Source of the DNA: an uncultured Pelagibacteraceae bacterium
GTDB lineage: Bacteria; Pseudomonadota; Alphaproteobacteria; Pelagibacterales; Pelagibacteraceae
Direction: 5' to 3'
Length of the DNA: 64,000 nt
Assembly: GCA_902529715.1 (NCBI GenBank)
Contig: CABZXL010000001.1
Location: 1,162 to 65,161 of the forward strand
Below the pieces are notes generated by a model. The model saw nothing but the letters and a program-made list of their open reading frames with translations. It was not told the DNA's origin and did not search any database. Position 1 is the stretch's first letter. Each line of letters begins with the position of its first letter. This document shows positions 36,921 through 50,612 of this stretch, one piece after another. A program made the position numbers and the translations under genes.

Positions 36921-37433
36921 ATGAATTTAAATAAAAATATAGTTTTACTGGGTATGATGGGATCTGGAAAATCTACAATAGGGTATCTTTTATCTAAATA
37001 TTTAAAATTAAAATTTGTTGATATAGATTATGTTATTCAAAAAGAAACGGGTCTTACAATTAATAGCATTTTTGAAAAAAATGGAGAGGATTATTTTAGA
37101 AATTTAGAAGAAAAAACAACTTTAAAAATGCTTAAAAGTTCAAAAAAAATAATAGCTTTGGGAGGTGGTGGATTTATTAACAAAAATATTAAAAAAGAAA
37201 TACTAAATAATCACTTTTCAGTTTGGTTAACTTGGAAACATTCAACAATAATAAAACGTATATTGAAAAGTAAGAAAAGACCAATTGCATTTAATTCTAA
37301 TGAAAGTGATTTAAAAAAATTAATTACTGAAAGATCAAATATATACTCTAAAGCTAATTTTAAGATTAATTGTGAAACATTGACAAAAAATATGATAGTT
37401 AAGCAAATAGCAGATTTATATGAAAATAATTAA
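36921..37433 (+). CDS. aroK: Shikimate kinase
   Basis: GMMGSGKSTIG, GEDYFR, ALGGG, RP. Confidence 0.96.
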   Translation: MNLNKNIVLLGMMGSGKSTIGYLLSKYLKLKFVDIDYVIQKETGLTINSIFEKNGEDYFRNLEEKTTLKMLKSSKKIIALGGGGFINKNIKKEILNNHFSVWLTWKHSTIIKRILKSKKRPIAFNSNESDLKKLITERSNIYSKANFKINCETLTKNMIVKQIADLYENN

Positions 37434-38526
37434 ATTAATCGTTACAACAAAATCTAAAAAATATCCAATAATAATAGGCTCGAATATTATCACTAAAATA
37501 CCTGGTATTTTAAAATCTAACAATATTTTTTTTGAAAAGAGTCTAATAATAGCTGATACAAAAGTACCTAAAAAAAAATTAAATATTTTAAAAAAAAAAA
37601 TTATTTCTAAAAAAACAATTGTTCATTTTTTCAATGCTAATGAAAAAAATAAAAATTTAAAAAATGTTAATTTAATTCTAAATAAACTTTTTAAATATAA
37701 TTTTAATAGGAATGACTGCATTATTTCATTTGGTGGAGGTATTACAGGAGATGTTTCTGGTTTTGCTGCAAGTATTTTTAAAAGAGGATTAAAATTTATA
37801 AATATTCCTACAACACTTCTATCTCAAGTGGATTCATCAATTGGCGGAAAAACTGGAGTTAATAATAAATATGGAAAAAATCTAATTGGTTCATTTATGC
37901 AACCAGACCTAGTTATATCTGATATTAGCATGTTAACTTCTCTTCCAAAAAGAGAAATAGTTTGTGGGTATGGGGAAATTTTAAAACATTCTATAATTCA
38001 TAGTAATAATACATTCAGTTACTTAAATAAAAATTATATTAAGATTTTAAATTTGAAATCTCCATTTATTGAAAAAACTATAGCTGAAAGTTGCAAAATA
38101 AAAAGGGGAATTGTCCAAAAAGATGAAAAAGAAAAAAATTTGAGAAAAATTTTAAACTTAGGGCACACTTTTGCTCATGCATATGAGGCAACACTTTCTT
38201 ATTCAAAAAAACTTAATCATGGCGAAGCTGTAATTTTAGGAATTATGAGTTCTGCAAATTTTAGTTTTAAAAATAATTTTTTAAACAAAAAAGATTATCA
38301 AAAAATAATGAAACACCTGATTAAGTTAAAAATACCTTCAAATCTAAATCATTATTTTAAAAAAAAACATATAAATTTAATTATTAAATTTATGAAATCA
38401 GATAAAAAAAATAACTCTTCAAGAATTAATTTAATATTAATAAAAAAAATAGGAAAAGTCTTATTGGGCTTAACGTTTGATATAAAAAAAATTGAACAAT
38501 TTTTAAAAAAAGAATTAATTTATTAA
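37420..38526 (+). CDS. aroB: 3-dehydroquinate synthase
   Basis: GGGITGD, PTTLLSQVDSSIGGKTGVN, LNLGHTFAHA, HGEAV. Confidence 0.97.
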   Translation: MKIIKLIVTTKSKKYPIIIGSNIITKIPGILKSNNIFFEKSLIIADTKVPKKKLNILKKKIISKKTIVHFFNANEKNKNLKNVNLILNKLFKYNFNRNDCIISFGGGITGDVSGFAASIFKRGLKFINIPTTLLSQVDSSIGGKTGVNNKYGKNLIGSFMQPDLVISDISMLTSLPKREIVCGYGEILKHSIIHSNNTFSYLNKNYIKILNLKSPFIEKTIAESCKIKRGIVQKDEKEKNLRKILNLGHTFAHAYEATLSYSKKLNHGEAVILGIMSSANFSFKNNFLNKKDYQKIMKHLIKLKIPSNLNHYFKKKHINLIIKFMKSDKKNNSSRINLILIKKIGKVLLGLTFDIKKIEQFLKKELIY

Positions 38527-38775
38527 TATTTGTATTGAATGAATATATTTTTTCAATTCTTCATCTAAAATTTTATAAATCTCTTTTGTTGATTTAATTT
38601 TATTTTTAGTTTTTAAATAATTTGAAGTAATGATTATTTTTATATGATATTTATTTTTATCATGTGTTTTGTGGTCTTTATGTAAAAAAGTTTTATCTTC
38701 AACTTTTATATTATCACAATCAATGTTTTTATTTAATTTATTTTTTATTATTTCAATTAGTTGATTTATATCCAT
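38515..38775 (-). CDS. bolA: BolA-family protein
   Basis: VEDKTFLHKDH, H.KIII, IY, IHSIQI. Confidence 0.85.
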   Translation of the reverse strand: MDINQLIEIIKNKLNKNIDCDNIKVEDKTFLHKDHKTHDKNKYHIKIIITSNYLKTKNKIKSTKEIYKILDEELKKYIHSIQILIN

Positions 38776-38795
38776 AAGTTATAATAATATATATA

Positions 38796-39320
38796 ATGAA
38801 AAATATTTGCGATTGGAACAATTGTTTCGAAGAAGGATCATATAAAGCACCTGTAGAGAAAGATAATAGTAAAAAATATAGGATGCTTTGTTTAAAGCAC
38901 ATTAAGGAATTTAATAAAAATTGGAATTATTTTGAAGGGATGGATGATGACCAAATTTATGAGTTTATAAAATCCGATATGACTTGGCATAAACCAACCC
39001 AGAGCTTTAGCTCTTCAGATAATTTTTTTAAAATTCTATGGAATAATGCTTTAAAAGATGAACAAAATAAATATAAAACTAATGGACAATTTGACCATAT
39101 GAATCAATTTAAATTTAATCATAATGATGTAAAGGCATTTGGGATACTTGGAATCTCTATTGGAATTAAATGGGAAAAAGTACAAGAGAAATTTAAAAAA
39201 CTTGTCAAAAAGTATCATCCTGATATGAATTTAGGAAATAAAAAATACGAAGATAAACTAAAGATTATTACTTTGGCTTATACTCAATTAAAAAATACAT
39301 ATAGAACAAAAAATTCATGA
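38796..39320 (+). CDS. J-domain protein (C-terminal J domain)
   Basis: CDW..C...YKAP, CLKHIKEFN..WNYF, KKYHPD. Confidence 0.9.
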   Translation: MKNICDWNNCFEEGSYKAPVEKDNSKKYRMLCLKHIKEFNKNWNYFEGMDDDQIYEFIKSDMTWHKPTQSFSSSDNFFKILWNNALKDEQNKYKTNGQFDHMNQFKFNHNDVKAFGILGISIGIKWEKVQEKFKKLVKKYHPDMNLGNKKYEDKLKIITLAYTQLKNTYRTKNS

Positions 39321-40288
39321 CTTATTTAAACATTGAACCTGATATAAAAATTTCAGTCAACCAAACTTTTGGGATTGATAGCAATATGGAAATTGAGGCT
39401 TTTTCAAAAAAAAATGAGTATGTGCCTGAAATAGATAAGAATTATAAATTTGATAAAGATACTACTCTTGCGATCTTATCTGGTTTTTCGTTTAATAAAA
39501 GATGTTTGGTTTCTGGGTATCACGGAACTGGAAAATCTACACATATAGAACAAGTTGCTGCTAGATTAAATTGGCCTTGTATCAGAGTAAATTTGGACAG
39601 TCACATAAGTAGAATTGATCTAATTGGAAAAGATGCGATTGTAATTAAAGATGGAAAACAAATAACAGAATTTAAAGAAGGTATACTGCCTTGGTCAATA
39701 CAAAATCCAGTTGCCTTAGTATTTGATGAATATGATGCTGGAAGACCAGATGTCATGTTTGTAATTCAAAGAGTATTGGAAGCAGATGGAAATTTTACTT
39801 TATTGGATAAGAATAAAGTAATTAAACAAAATAAATATTTTAGACTTTTTGCAACTTCAAACACAGTTGGTCTTGGAGATACAACGGGATTATACCATGG
39901 AACTCAACAAATAAATCAAGGACAAATGGATAGATGGAATATTGTTACTACTTTAAACTATCTATCGATGGAAAAGGAAATGGAAATAATTTTAGGAAAA
40001 AATAAAAATTTAAATAATACTAAAGGAAAAGAAAAAATTGCAAATATGATTAAAGTTGCAACTTTAACCAGAAAAGGATTTATGGGAGGAGATATATCAA
40101 CTGTAATGAGTCCAAGAACAGTGCTTCACTGGGCAGAAAATTCTGAAATATTTAAAGATATAGGTTACGCATTTAGAGTTACGTTTTTAAATAAGTGTGA
40201 TGAAGTAGAAAAAAATACTATTGCTGAATATTATCAAAGATGCTTCGGTGAAGATCTGCCAGAATCATTGATAAATAGTCAGAAATAA
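39317..40288 (+). CDS. cobS: CobS-family AAA+ ATPase
   Basis: [38 protein letters not shown]. Confidence 0.93.
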   Translation: MTYLNIEPDIKISVNQTFGIDSNMEIEAFSKKNEYVPEIDKNYKFDKDTTLAILSGFSFNKRCLVSGYHGTGKSTHIEQVAARLNWPCIRVNLDSHISRIDLIGKDAIVIKDGKQITEFKEGILPWSIQNPVALVFDEYDAGRPDVMFVIQRVLEADGNFTLLDKNKVIKQNKYFRLFATSNTVGLGDTTGLYHGTQQINQGQMDRWNIVTTLNYLSMEKEMEIILGKNKNLNNTKGKEKIANMIKVATLTRKGFMGGDISTVMSPRTVLHWAENSEIFKDIGYAFRVTFLNKCDEVEKNTIAEYYQRCFGEDLPESLINSQK

Positions 40289-42090
40289 TGAATAAAGAAG
40301 ACAATTTAAAAGAAAAATTTAAACAAGCGCTAATTTCCACAGTTAAAGCTATATCGGATGATTTTAAATTAGAAAAAAAAATAAATAAAAATTCAAGTTC
40401 AAAAAATTATAATTTTTTTGAACTTGATAATCTTAATTCTAAAGAAGATTATATAAAACTTAGAGCTGAAACTGATTCAGAGGCGCTGAAAAGGAAATTT
40501 TCAAATAAAAAAATTTATCAAAAAAATCTACCTAAAAATTCTTCTTGCAGAACACTTTATGATATATCTGAAAAAATAAGATATGAAATTCTTGGAACAG
40601 AAATATTGAAAGGAATTTCAAAAAATTTAAAAGATAATTATTCTAATAAAATTATTCTTAAGAGAAAAGACCAACTAAAATCGAAAGATGATGTCCCAAT
40701 AGCAGAAGCTTTTGAGCTTTATATGTTAAAAAATTTCTTGGGTATTAAATTAAATCCATTTTCAGAAAAAATATTAAGTTATTGGAAAAAAGATTTTGAA
40801 TCATCATTTGAAAAACATTTTTCTTATTTAAAAAAAAATATTGAAAATCAAGATAACTATAATTCAAAGTTATCTGAAATTTTACAACAGATGGAAATTT
40901 TTGAGTCAGAAAATGATGAAGAAAACCAGGAAGATAAAGAAAATGAGAATTTAAATAGTGAAAACAATAATAAAGATAGTCAAAATCAAGCCCAAAGCGA
41001 GGAAGAAAAAAGAGAGAACGAGGAAGATAAAAATGGCCTTGATGGAGATTATGATTTAAGCGAATCTAGAATGGATGAACAATTAGTGGATACGGATTCT
41101 GACAAACAAAGCACTGAAAAAATTATTCAAAAAATGAATAAAAATATTGGAAATAAAGAATATAATATTTATACAGGTGAATTTGACGAAATAGCAAAGG
41201 CTGAAACACTTGAAAGTAATGAAGAAATTTTAAAGTTAAGAAAAACTCTAGATCATCAACTTACTACCTTTCAAGATTTAATTACAAAATTAGCAAATAA
41301 ACTTCAAAGACAACTGCTTGCAAAACAAAATAGATCATGGGAGTTTGATTTGGAAGAAGGTTTATTAGATAGTTCAAAACTAACAAGAATCATAATTGAT
41401 CCACAAAATTCATTGTCTTTTAAAAAAGAAAAAGATCTAGAATTTAAAGACACGGTAGTTACACTTCTAATTGATAACTCGGGATCTATGAGAGGTAGGC
41501 CAATAACTATAGCTGCTCTATGTGCGGACATATTGTCTAGAACTCTGGAAAGATGTTCTGTAAAAGTAGAAATATTAGGTTTTACTACTAAAAATTGGAA
41601 AGGAGGAAAAAGTAGAGAAGAATGGAATAAAAATAATAAGCCTAAAAATCCTGGAAGACTAAATGATTTAAGACACATAATTTATAAAAGTGCCGACACA
41701 CATTGGAGACAATCAAAAAAAAATTTGGGTCTTATGCTTAAAGAAGGATTATTAAAAGAAAATATTGATGGAGAAGCAATATCTTGGGCATTCAATAGAT
41801 TAAAAAAAAGAAAAGAAGAAAGAAAAATCTTAATGGTAATTTCGGATGGTGCACCCGTGGATGATTCAACTCTCTCAGTAAATTCAGGTGATTTTTTAGA
41901 AAAACATCTTAAAAAAATTGTAAAATATATTGAAAATAAGGGTGATGTAGAAATTTTAGCAATAGGTATAGGACACGATGTATCAAGATACTATAGTAAA
42001 GCAATTAAAATTACTGATGTTCAAGAGTTAGGTGATGTAATGATTAGTCAATTAAGTGGTTTGTTTGAAAATAAAAAAAAACTTCATTAA
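40288..42090 (+). CDS. cobT: CobT-family vWA protein
   Basis: [40 protein letters not shown]. Confidence 0.93.
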   Translation: MNKEDNLKEKFKQALISTVKAISDDFKLEKKINKNSSSKNYNFFELDNLNSKEDYIKLRAETDSEALKRKFSNKKIYQKNLPKNSSCRTLYDISEKIRYEILGTEILKGISKNLKDNYSNKIILKRKDQLKSKDDVPIAEAFELYMLKNFLGIKLNPFSEKILSYWKKDFESSFEKHFSYLKKNIENQDNYNSKLSEILQQMEIFESENDEENQEDKENENLNSENNNKDSQNQAQSEEEKRENEEDKNGLDGDYDLSESRMDEQLVDTDSDKQSTEKIIQKMNKNIGNKEYNIYTGEFDEIAKAETLESNEEILKLRKTLDHQLTTFQDLITKLANKLQRQLLAKQNRSWEFDLEEGLLDSSKLTRIIIDPQNSLSFKKEKDLEFKDTVVTLLIDNSGSMRGRPITIAALCADILSRTLERCSVKVEILGFTTKNWKGGKSREEWNKNNKPKNPGRLNDLRHIIYKSADTHWRQSKKNLGLMLKEGLLKENIDGEAISWAFNRLKKRKEERKILMVISDGAPVDDSTLSVNSGDFLEKHLKKIVKYIENKGDVEILAIGIGHDVSRYYSKAIKITDVQELGDVMISQLSGLFENKKKLH

Positions 42091-43373
42091 ATTATTTTTA
42101 AATTTTTATTTTCCCATTTAATTTGTACTTCGGCTCCACCATTTTCTATAGAATTTAGAAAAATTATATTAGCATAATTTTTTTCTAAGAGAGTTTTTCC
42201 AATAAAAGTTCCTAAACCTAATCCATATTTCGATATGTTTTTTTGATCAGCAGTTCTTATATATGGCTCTCCAAGTCTATGTTTTTCAATTAAATCCTTA
42301 GGAAATCCTGGTCCATCGTCTTTGATTAATATCTCTGTATTTTTTTTATTACTTTGTAAAAAGATTTCTATTTTGCTTTTGCTAAACTTATTTGCATTAC
42401 CAATAAAATTTCTAAGTCCATAAATTATCTCTTGTGATTTAGAGGTTTTTATAGGATTCTTGTGATTATCAATGTTTAATATAAATTTTTTATCACTAAT
42501 TTCTTCGTAAGATCTTATTATTTCAGTTAAATAGTCATTAAAATCTAAATTTAATTCTAAAAATCTATCATCAATTTTTGGATTCATAGATAGTTTTTTC
42601 AAAATTTCACGGCATCTATTAGTTTGGCTAAGCAATAAGTCTAAATCTTTTTTGATTTTATCGTTAGTACTAAATTCTTTTTGTAGCTCATTTATAGTTA
42701 ATAGAATTGTTGACAGAGGTGTTCCAAGAGAATGAGCGGCGGCGGCTGATTGAGATCCTAAAGAAACTAATTCATTTTCTTTAGCCATTATCTCTTGTAT
42801 TTTATCGTAAGCATTTTTTCTTATTCTGTTTTCTTCTCCAAATTTTACTCCAAAATATACTAAAAATAGTAATCCTATTATAATAGATATGGGAATCGCA
42901 AAAAAATAATAATCTGGCGCATGAAAATGCAATTCGCCTGGATGTGGTAAATCAACATAAAAAAAAGTAAGTATAATTAAAATTATAATTATCAGAGAAA
43001 CTAAGACAATAGAACTATATAAAGTTAAGTATTGAGAAGAAAATACTGCTGGAACTATTATTAAAAATATAAATGGATTACTAACACCACCAGTTAAATA
43101 AAACAAAATACCTAACAGGATAATATCAAAACTTAAATATATTGTAGAAAGTGAATTTTTTATTTGATTTTTCTTATATTTAAATTGTAAATAAATATTA
43201 GTTAAAATACTTAAAAATATTATAAAAATACAAAGAAAATAATTAAATTTAAAATTTAATAAAAATTGAACAAATAAAACTGTGGTAAGTTGCCCAATTA
43301 TTGCAATCCATCTTAAGTTTACATAAGTTGACTTGTTTAAGTAAAATATTGTTTTAGCTTTAACAAACTCCAT
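42087..43373 (-). CDS. regB: RegB/ActS/PrrB redox sensor histidine kinase
   Basis: [49 protein letters not shown]. Confidence 0.92.
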   Translation of the reverse strand: MEFVKAKTIFYLNKSTYVNLRWIAIIGQLTTVLFVQFLLNFKFNYFLCIFIIFLSILTNIYLQFKYKKNQIKNSLSTIYLSFDIILLGILFYLTGGVSNPFIFLIIVPAVFSSQYLTLYSSIVLVSLIIIILIILTFFYVDLPHPGELHFHAPDYYFFAIPISIIIGLLFLVYFGVKFGEENRIRKNAYDKIQEIMAKENELVSLGSQSAAAAHSLGTPLSTILLTINELQKEFSTNDKIKKDLDLLLSQTNRCREILKKLSMNPKIDDRFLELNLDFNDYLTEIIRSYEEISDKKFILNIDNHKNPIKTSKSQEIIYGLRNFIGNANKFSKSKIEIFLQSNKKNTEILIKDDGPGFPKDLIEKHRLGEPYIRTADQKNISKYGLGLGTFIGKTLLEKNYANIIFLNSIENGGAEVQIKWENKNLKII

Positions 43374-43375
43374 TA

Positions 43376-45472
<2,097 letters not shown>

Positions 45473-45675
45473 TTAATAAAATCAAAGTCTAAAATTTGAT
45501 TAAATAAACGTTGATAATCAATGACTATTGACCATTAAAATATTGATTTTTTAATTTTTTTATTTGTTACAAAAATATCATTTTTTAATGACCATATGTA
45601 AAATTTTTTAAAATGATTCTTATAAGATTTTGTATTTTCAAATTATATTTAGTATTAATTTATACTTATTTATAA

Positions 45676-46770
45676 ATGAAAATAAAAAAAATATTACAAA
45701 ATATATTTAAAAACATAGGTATTATTGTATTTAAATTAATTTATGGAAAAGTGAAAGTTGGTCATAAGTCTGAATCTAATGCAAAATATGTAAAAAAAGA
45801 AATTAGTTTTGATGGTTGTAAAGACAGTTATAATTTGTTTACAATTAATAATGCTAGACTTTATACTGACAGAATACAAGATACTGCGATTATAAGAAAT
45901 AATATTATTATCGATGGAGCTTCATTCCAATTAAGGAATAATTTTAATTCAACAATAGATAAAAATATTGTTATTAGAAAAGGAACACCACGTTTTAAAA
46001 AAAAATTAAATGGTAGTATTTTGAGTTTATTGACTGGTGGTGGGGGAAATAATAATTTTTTTCATTGGTTTTTTGATGTTCTTCCTAGAGTTGGAATATA
46101 TGAAAAATATTTAAATTTAAAAAATTTAAATTATTTATTATGTCCAAACTTAAATTCGTGGCAATTAAAATCTCTTGAATTATTGGGATTTAATAAAGAT
46201 CAATTATTATCTAGTGTAAAATATAGACACATATCATCTGATATTATTTATACTACATCTCATCCATGGAATTTTAATTCAAATATAGTTAATGATATTG
46301 AAAATATACCAGAGTGGATTAGTATTTGGTTAAAAAACAAATTTTTAAACAAAAAATCAAAAAAAATATTTCCTAAAAGAATATATATAGACAGATCTGA
46401 CTCTAATTCAAATCTCAAAGAATTCAGATCAATAATTAATGAAAAAGAAATAATAGAGTATTTAAAAAAAAAAAATTTTGAATTAATTCAATTGAGTAAA
46501 TTAAATTTAGAAGATGAAATTAAAATTTTTAATGATGCTGAAATAGTTGTGGGTCTTCAAGGAGCAGGTTTTACAAATCTTATTTGGGCAAATAATAAAA
46601 CAAAAATTATTGAATTGAGAAGTAAATATACTAATAAATTATATCAAAATCTTGCAAAGCAAAATAAAATAGATTTTAATTTTATAGAATCCTACCCAGT
46701 AGGTGATACGATTGCTAAACATTATGGTGCTATAAATATCGATTTAGAGGAATTAAAAAAAATTATATAA
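45676..46770 (+). CDS. Glycosyltransferase family 61 / DUF563
   Basis: NFFHWFFDVLPR, IYIDR, RSIINE, VVGLQGAGFTNL. Confidence 0.85.
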   Translation: MKIKKILQNIFKNIGIIVFKLIYGKVKVGHKSESNAKYVKKEISFDGCKDSYNLFTINNARLYTDRIQDTAIIRNNIIIDGASFQLRNNFNSTIDKNIVIRKGTPRFKKKLNGSILSLLTGGGGNNNFFHWFFDVLPRVGIYEKYLNLKNLNYLLCPNLNSWQLKSLELLGFNKDQLLSSVKYRHISSDIIYTTSHPWNFNSNIVNDIENIPEWISIWLKNKFLNKKSKKIFPKRIYIDRSDSNSNLKEFRSIINEKEIIEYLKKKNFELIQLSKLNLEDEIKIFNDAEIVVGLQGAGFTNLIWANNKTKIIELRSKYTNKLYQNLAKQNKIDFNFIESYPVGDTIAKHYGAINIDLEELKKII

Positions 46771-46774
46771 ATTT

Positions 46775-48061
46775 TTATTTGTAAGAAAAAGCTTCAAAAT
46801 TTTCATTAAGATGAGCAATATAGTTATCTTTGTCTACTATATGTAAAAAAGGTAAATGAAAAATTAACTTCCCACCTTTTTTAATATATTTAATTTCTTG
46901 TTTTATTACTTCAGATTTAAAAGACCATATGAGAACTAGTAAATAATCTGGATTCCTTTTTCTCATTTCTTTTTTTGAAATAATTTTTATATTAGTTCCT
47001 GGAGTATATCGTCCAAATTTTTCTTGATTTTCATCACAGATTAATGAGATTTTATCTGATCCGATGTTGCAATGATTTAAAACTATATTTCCTTTAGTTG
47101 CAGCTCCATAACCAATTAAACTTTTTTTTGCACTTTTAATATTATCCAACATTAAGTTAGTTGTTTTTTTAATATTATCTACTCTTAAATTAAATTTAGA
47201 ATAATCTTTATTTGAAATATTATTCTCCAACAAAACTTGATTTTTAATTTTTTCTGAATTTACTTTTATTTTTGATTTATTAGGTGCACAAACAATCTCT
47301 ATACTTCCACCATTTATTATATTGAATGAAAAATCTATAACCTTCAATCCATTTTTCTCAGCAATTTTTTTAAAAACATTTAGAGTGTAATAAGTGACAT
47401 GCTCATGACATATTTGATCATAAGTTAAGTTTGAAAGTAACATAGGAAAATGAGACATTTCCAGAATCCATATTCCATTTTTTTCTAACAATTTGTGAAT
47501 ATCTTTACAAAATTTATTAGGGTCATCAATGTCATAGAACATTGCAAAACTAGAAATTAATTTAAATTTCTTGTTCTTTAATTTAAGTTTTTTTATTCTA
47601 TTATTTACTGCTTCTGCAGAAAAATAATCAACAATCAAATTAACATCATTATTATAATAATTTGAATATTTTTTTGCTGAAGGATCAATTCCAAAGCAAT
47701 TATAATTTTTTTTCTCATTTGAAAAAAAGTTCAAAAATGTTGAATCACTTGAGCCTATGTCTAGAATATTTGAGTAATTTTTTAGTTTAATAATTTTTTT
47801 TAATTTTAAATATTTTTGATACAAATGATTAACCATTAACTTACTTAGAGAACTTCTATAACCATACGTTTCACCATACATATTTCCTAAAGGTATAGAT
47901 TTTCCAAGCTGAACTAATTTACATTTTTTACACTCATAAAGGTCTAAGGAATATTTTTTTGAATTTTTTTTTTTTTTTTCTGGAAAAATAGAACTAACGA
48001 CCTGTTTGCCTAAAAAAATAACTCTTTTTAAATTTTTACTTTTACAATTTCTACATTTCAT
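46775..48061 (-). CDS. NDP-sugar C-methyltransferase (Zn-binding)
   Basis: CRNC...CKKCKLVQL, LDIGSSD, YDQICHEH, GYGAATKG, GRYTPGT. Confidence 0.88.
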   Translation of the reverse strand: MKCRNCKSKNLKRVIFLGKQVVSSIFPEKKKKNSKKYSLDLYECKKCKLVQLGKSIPLGNMYGETYGYRSSLSKLMVNHLYQKYLKLKKIIKLKNYSNILDIGSSDSTFLNFFSNEKKNYNCFGIDPSAKKYSNYYNNDVNLIVDYFSAEAVNNRIKKLKLKNKKFKLISSFAMFYDIDDPNKFCKDIHKLLEKNGIWILEMSHFPMLLSNLTYDQICHEHVTYYTLNVFKKIAEKNGLKVIDFSFNIINGGSIEIVCAPNKSKIKVNSEKIKNQVLLENNISNKDYSKFNLRVDNIKKTTNLMLDNIKSAKKSLIGYGAATKGNIVLNHCNIGSDKISLICDENQEKFGRYTPGTNIKIISKKEMRKRNPDYLLVLIWSFKSEVIKQEIKYIKKGGKLIFHLPFLHIVDKDNYIAHLNENFEAFSYK

Positions 48062-48072
48062 AAATTTAATTA

Positions 48073-48918
48073 TTAGTATTTATCAAAAATCTTTTTAGTT
48101 TCACTAACAAAATTAACCTTGGGTTTCCATCCTGGTATATTAAATATTTTCTTTAAACTTTTCATAGATTCGTTATTTCTGTATTTTATTGCTCCTAATT
48201 TAACATTTAGTTTATTCTTTAACACTTTTTTTAAAATTTTTATAAACTTTTTTATAGTAATAGGTTTTTTTGAACTAATAGTATACTTTTTAAATCCTAT
48301 AATTCTCTTTGAAATAATATATTTGCAAGTTAAATTAACTGCTTCACATAAATCCTTTATATTAACATAATCCAATTCTTGTTTTCCTGGAGTTAATTTT
48401 AGTAGTTTTTTTTTTTTATACGAATTTAGTAGTAAATTATAAATTTTTTTTCTTGGGTCATTTTCACCATATGTATCAAATATTTTTAAAGATACTGTTG
48501 CTAAATTTTTACTTGAAAAATATTTTAAAAAGAAGTCCATACTAAATTTTGTTGCAGCATAAAAACTGTTTGGTGAATATCCTCCCTTTTGGTCGTATTC
48601 CCATTTTGAACCAAATGTAATATATCCAATAAAATTTTTATTTTTTTTTGCTTCTGATAAAAAACAGCATTGAGCATAAATATTTGAAGTTATCAATGAT
48701 TTAATGGCCTTTTTGCTGTCTAATAGATTTTGAGAGGCAGAACAATTAATAATTATATTAGGTGAAAATAAAGAAATGTTTTTGCAAACTGAATTAATCC
48801 AGTTCGTATGTTTTGTATATGAGGGCATTTTTTTAATTTTTATATTTTTTTTTTTATAAAAATAATTAAATAAATTTGAACCTATAAATCCATTTGAGCC
48901 TATAATTGCTATTCTCAT
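48073..48918 (-). CDS. NAD-dependent sugar epimerase/reductase
   Basis: IIGSNGFIG, YAATK. Confidence 0.85.
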   Translation of the reverse strand: MRIAIIGSNGFIGSNLFNYFYKKKNIKIKKMPSYTKHTNWINSVCKNISLFSPNIIINCSASQNLLDSKKAIKSLITSNIYAQCCFLSEAKKNKNFIGYITFGSKWEYDQKGGYSPNSFYAATKFSMDFFLKYFSSKNLATVSLKIFDTYGENDPRKKIYNLLLNSYKKKKLLKLTPGKQELDYVNIKDLCEAVNLTCKYIISKRIIGFKKYTISSKKPITIKKFIKILKKVLKNKLNVKLGAIKYRNNESMKSLKKIFNIPGWKPKVNFVSETKKIFDKY

Positions 48919-48946
48919 TTTAATTAAATTAAATTTTAAATATATT

Positions 48947-49654
48947 TTATGCCCATAATTTCCAAGGACAATTTTTTTGTTCCCATAAATGGTTTATTTT
49001 TATTTTATCTCTTAATGTATCCATACAAGTCCAAAAATCATTATGTTTGTACGCCATCAATTCCTTTTTATTTGATAATTTTGGTAGACAATCTTTTTCA
49101 AATATTGATTTATCATTTTTTAAAAATTTAAAAATTTTTTTTGACAAAACAAAAAAACCTCCATTTATATAACTCATGGGTTTTTCTTTAATTTCTTTGA
49201 TTAGGTTATTTCTATTTATTTCAAGCACACCAAATCTATTTGGCTGTTTAACTGCTGTTAGAGTAGCAATTTTTTTTGATTTTAGATGAAATTTAATTAA
49301 CTTTTTTACATTAACATTGCAAAGTCCATCACCGTAAGAAAGGCAAAAATTATCATCATTTTTTATATATTTTTTTATTCTTTTAATTCTTCCTCCGGTC
49401 ATAGTTTTTAAACCAGTATTAACAAAATTAACTTTCCAACCTTCTTTTTTTACATCTTTTATTAAAGTTTTTTTAATCATATGTCCTTTGTATCCCTGAC
49501 AAATTATAAATTCTTTAATTCCATAAAAAGAATAAATTTTCATAATGTGCCAAATTATAGGTTTTGTTCCAATTTTAATAAGAGGCTTTGGTTTCTTATG
49601 TGTTTCTTCGGATATTCTAGTTCCATAACCGCCGGCTAAAAGTACTAATTTCAT
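48947..49654 (-). CDS. rfbF: Glucose-1-phosphate cytidylyltransferase-like
   Basis: LAGGYGTRISEET..KPKP, TMTGGRIKR, YGDG, INGGFF, FWTCMDTLRD. Confidence 0.88.
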   Translation of the reverse strand: MKLVLLAGGYGTRISEETHKKPKPLIKIGTKPIIWHIMKIYSFYGIKEFIICQGYKGHMIKKTLIKDVKKEGWKVNFVNTGLKTMTGGRIKRIKKYIKNDDNFCLSYGDGLCNVNVKKLIKFHLKSKKIATLTAVKQPNRFGVLEINRNNLIKEIKEKPMSYINGGFFVLSKKIFKFLKNDKSIFEKDCLPKLSNKKELMAYKHNDFWTCMDTLRDKIKINHLWEQKNCPWKLWA

Positions 49655-49781
49655 ATAATAGTCTTAATTTATAAATTAATTAAATGATAGAAACAATTAA
49701 TTTAAAAAATTTCTACATATTCAAATAAATTATATAAGATATAAGCTTAAAGAATCATAAAAATATAATTAATGAAAATAT

Positions 49782-50612
49782 ATGCCAAACAATCTAGAAA
49801 CTATTTGTATCGCTAGTAAATATATACCTTTACTGGATAATCTAGAACTAAAGGTAATAGGATCTGGGTGTTATGATAAAAATAAAAATTTTTATCCAAG
49901 TAATTGGATAAAAGATAATAGTTTAGAAAATATATCTAATAAAAATCATCACTTTGGCACTCTAACTAGTCATTACTGGATATGGAAAAATTTATTAGAT
50001 AATGTAGATGAAAGTAAATGGATTGCTATATGTCATTATAGAAGATTCTGGGTGAAAGAAGGATTTGAAAATAAAACAAATGAAAAAAACTTAAAAGAAA
50101 ATATTTTAAAAAATATTTCTAAAGAATTTGAAGGGTATGATGTTTTGCTGCCTCCTCAAATTGACCTAAGGAATACAAAAAAAATAAAGGTTTTAAAAAA
50201 AGGTTTTAAAAACTTAATAAAAGATCCTTTAATATTATTTAACAAAAAAAAATACACAATAAATCTTCATTTTGATTTATTTCATGGATATAAATTTTTA
50301 GAAAGATCCATAAAGGTAATGGGTGCAGAAGACCAAAAAGATTTCGATTACTATACAAAAACATCCAATACTTTTCATCCTTTTCAAATATTCATATCAA
50401 AACCTCGGGTTATGAAAAAGCTATATGAAAAAACTTTTTTATGGATTTATGAATGCGAAAAAATATTTAATAATGAAGATTTAACGGGTTATGGAAGAAC
50501 TAGAATATATGATTTTTTAGCAGAGAGATACTTTTCATTCTGGTTTGTAAAATATGCAAAAATAAAAACTTTACCTTTTGTTTTTTTAGAACTGAAAAAT
50601 AATGAGAAATAA
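49782..50612 (+). CDS. DUF4422-family putative glycosyltransferase
   Basis: NISNKN, HYWIWKN, CHYRRF, RIYDFLAERYFSFW. Confidence 0.82.
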   Translation: MPNNLETICIASKYIPLLDNLELKVIGSGCYDKNKNFYPSNWIKDNSLENISNKNHHFGTLTSHYWIWKNLLDNVDESKWIAICHYRRFWVKEGFENKTNEKNLKENILKNISKEFEGYDVLLPPQIDLRNTKKIKVLKKGFKNLIKDPLILFNKKKYTINLHFDLFHGYKFLERSIKVMGAEDQKDFDYYTKTSNTFHPFQIFISKPRVMKKLYEKTFLWIYECEKIFNNEDLTGYGRTRIYDFLAERYFSFWFVKYAKIKTLPFVFLELKNNEK

